Below, piece by piece: positions 61,421 to 64,000 of a stretch of 64,000 nt of DNA (its first letter is position 1; each line of letters opens with the position of its first letter). Source of the stretch: the human T2T-CHM13v2.0 reference genome, Homo sapiens; assembly GCF_009914755.1 (NCBI RefSeq), contig NC_060929.1; one strand, written 5' to 3'. The translations under genes were made by a program, and so were the position numbers. The notes under the pieces are model-generated. The model was not told the DNA's origin. It did no database searches and worked only from the letters and a program-made list of their open reading frames with translations.

Positions 61421-62619
61421 GACTTTTGATCAGGGCACGCATTTGTTTATCAAAAGAAAATGTAAAATATAATGGATAGAAAATTTAAAATACTGTCTGT
61501 ATCTTCCTCGTTCATTAAAAAACCCCGATTTCAGTATGATCCAAACTGAGTAGTTGTGACAACTTCTCATTTGAGAATAGAAGTTTATTTGATGGCTTCT
61601 TAAAAATTTACTGAACTTTGAAAAAAGTAATTATTGTAACAATGTCTCCCTAAACCGTGCTTTTTCCTGAGCATGACCAGTTTTGTTTTATTGAATTTTG
61701 TACATACATACAGATGTGGTGATATAATGGAATTTATTTTACTTGGAAAGAAACATATATTGAAACAAGGCCATGGTTGACAATGTCTTAGCATTAATTG
61801 ATTTTTTTCTTATGGTTTCTAACCATATCCTCTACCGAAATATTTTCTACAGTTTCTGTATCTTATAAGTTTCTTTTTAAGGGAGTAATGATTTTCAAAC
61901 ACTCAAATATTATTTATAATAATCAAATAGTTATATGTTAAGAAAGCAAAAATTAAAACCTAAAGAAGTGTTAGCCATTATTATGATACATTGAATAATA
62001 TTTTTTCATGTTATTATGGCTGAGTTCTGGCTGTGAGAATAAGCCACAGCTGCTTTCTTCAGACACTAAAGAAAAAAAGTATCTAAAGAAAAAAATGTAG
62101 TGATTACACATTGATTCAGAGTTTAGTTAATGAAGTGGTTAAAAGGAAACATCATCTGAGAAATATTCTACTTTAATAATATTTTCACAAACAATAAATA
62201 CTGTATTTATTTGCAAACATTAAAAGCAAAGCTAAAGGGAAAAATAAAAAATTGAACTAATCTAGGCAACTGACTTTCAGACAAATATTTGTAATGACAT
62301 TTCCCGAGGCTATACCTATTTAAACTAAGTTATTCAGTGTTGGCGGTATAGTGGCCTTCCAATAAATTATTCAAACAATTCAAGTATTTTTAAAATCTCT
62401 GTTTTTTTGAATAGCCAGTGAATAAAATTTAAAGCATTTGAGCTTGGTTAACAGGATATATTCCATATATTTCTTTGACAAATGGAGACAAAAAAAAGCA
62501 GGCAACAATAAAATGCTCAGTTTTCAGTCTGTTAATACTTCAAAGTATGAACTGGAAAATAATACAAATCAGCACTTATTGTGGGAATGCAGTTCTGTTT
62601 AAAATAATTACTCTTGAAT

Positions 62620-62687
62620 TTTTGTGGTAAAGAGTGAATCTGGACACTCTAAATTTTGTGGTAAAGAGTGAATCTGGACACTCTAAA
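62620..62687 (+). repeat. Perfect 34-bp tandem duplication
   Basis: ttttgtggtaaagagtgaatctggacactctaaa twice, no mismatches. Confidence 0.97.
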
Positions 62688-62970
62688 AATTCACAATCCA
62701 ATAAATGAAATATACTTGACAATCCCTCTGGGAGAGTATATTAGGCAAACTCTGACTTCTGTACTTGCCTTAGGCTCCTATTAAAGGTCAAACAAGTATA
62801 GAATTAGGTTGATGGTTCAAAACTATAGAAACTTTTCTAAGTACCACGATTAGAAAAGAGCAAACAGAAATTTTCTCTAAATTGGAAGATGCTATTTTGT
62901 GTCACTGTCACCCGAATTCTTAGAGCAAATCCTACTGGAAGATGAGGGCAGTTATTTAATATGTTGTATC

Positions 62971-63272
62971 AGCCAGGTGCCGTGACTCATGTCTGTAATC
63001 CCAACACTTTGGGAGGCTGAGGCAGTAGGATTACTTGAGCCCAGAAGTTCAAGACCAGCCTGGGCAACATGAGACCCTGTCTCTACAAAACATTAAAAAA
63101 TTAGTTGGGCACGGTGGTGTGCACCTGTCCCAACTATTCAGGAGGCTGAGGCAGGAGGACCACTTAAGCCCAGGAGTTTGAGGCTGCAGTCAGCCATGAT
63201 TGCACCACTGCACTCCAGCATGGGCAATAGAGCAAGACGCTGTCTCAAAATAACAATAACAATAATAATAAA
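62971..63272 (+). mobile_element. AluJ
   Basis: J-type cttgagcccag and gaggctgcagt; (AAT/AAC)n tail; TSD core atgttgtat. Confidence 0.92.
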
Positions 63273-63679
63273 ATGTTGTATGAAATATTTTTGGAAGGAA
63301 TGGAAGAAGGGAAGGAGTTACTTTATAAGCCTCATAGTTTCTCTAAGACACAAGAATATTTATCCTAACACATAAAATAACTACAATCAGAATCTTCATA
63401 AAAAGGGCCTGTCCTAGGCAACATTGCTAAGTCACAAATTTACCTTCTAACACTCTTTACCACCCTCTCTACACACACTTCATCAGTGGCCTTTCCCCTA
63501 CTAGGATCTTTTCCCTGTAAGATATGATTTCTACCACATGTCAACTAAGATGATAAGTAAAATGTCTATTAATATAGCTTGGTGGTTACTTAGGCATTGA
63601 CATTTTATTTTTGGACATTTGAATACAAAATGGCCCACAGATCCAAAGGCAGGAAGCTGTAATTCGCTCACACACTATA

Positions 63680-64000
63680 GCAGACATTATCAGTGCCCTG
63701 CTCATGGCCCCTCAGCACTTGCAGGTTTTATACCGTCTACAGCTTCTCACTGCAAACACCTCGGACTGTCTGCCTAAAGGCTTTCTGTCCTATAGGAGTG
63801 AGCTCAGGAAGGAAGTAATAGACAGTTGACTGTCCTCAGCAGCAGCCTTCACCCAATAAAATATGGGAGTTCAACATCATTGCTCAGAGATCCCCAGTAG
63901 AAATGAGCCCCATTGGCCCACAGTGGTAAACTACTCATTAGGGTCCCCTTTTCTGTATTCCTTTCTCCTTTTTTCTTGTCTCACTTCACTCTTCTAATGG
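63680..64000 (+). mobile_element. LTR16-like ERVL LTR, runs off the window end
   Basis: ctgcaaacacct...ctgcct.agggctttct; cagcagcc.tca.ccaat; ccccagt.g.aatgagcccca..ggcccacagtggtaa. Confidence 0.6.

Overview
AT-rich, repeat-dense primate genomic DNA, most likely human because it carries an AluYa5 with all five diagnostic bases. No CpG island, RNA gene or recognisable known protein-coding gene is present. All ORFs over 100 aa that I can assign are transposon-derived (L1 ORF1/ORF2/ORF0, Tigger1 transposase, Alu frames). Main elements: a full-length but coding-dead L1PA5-like LINE (21064-27208); a young 5'-inverted (twin-primed) L1PA2-like insertion (27810-28691); a truncated L1PA6-like copy; about 20 Alus; Tigger1, Tigger3b, MER47A, MER44A/B and MER5A DNA transposons; THE1, MLT1 and LTR16-like LTRs; and old L1M/L2/MIR debris. 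In the unique DNA I found a series of minus-strand exon-like segments with canonical splice signals (about 6.3, 10.6, 19.8, 30.6, 34.8, 41.1, 41.3, 45.9 and 47.7 kb). Some of them join in frame, suggesting an unidentified spliced gene, lncRNA or decaying pseudogene, with the L1 antisense promoter pointing into its 3' exons. Other structural points: a Tigger3b copy with three separate fold-back rearrangements including a 100-bp-arm palindrome, a long L1-L1 inverted repeat, a fold-back Alu, and a PU.1/RUNX/CEBP motif cluster. Subfamily calls come from remembered consensus features, not from running RepeatMasker. I cannot claim a new biological system from sequence alone.
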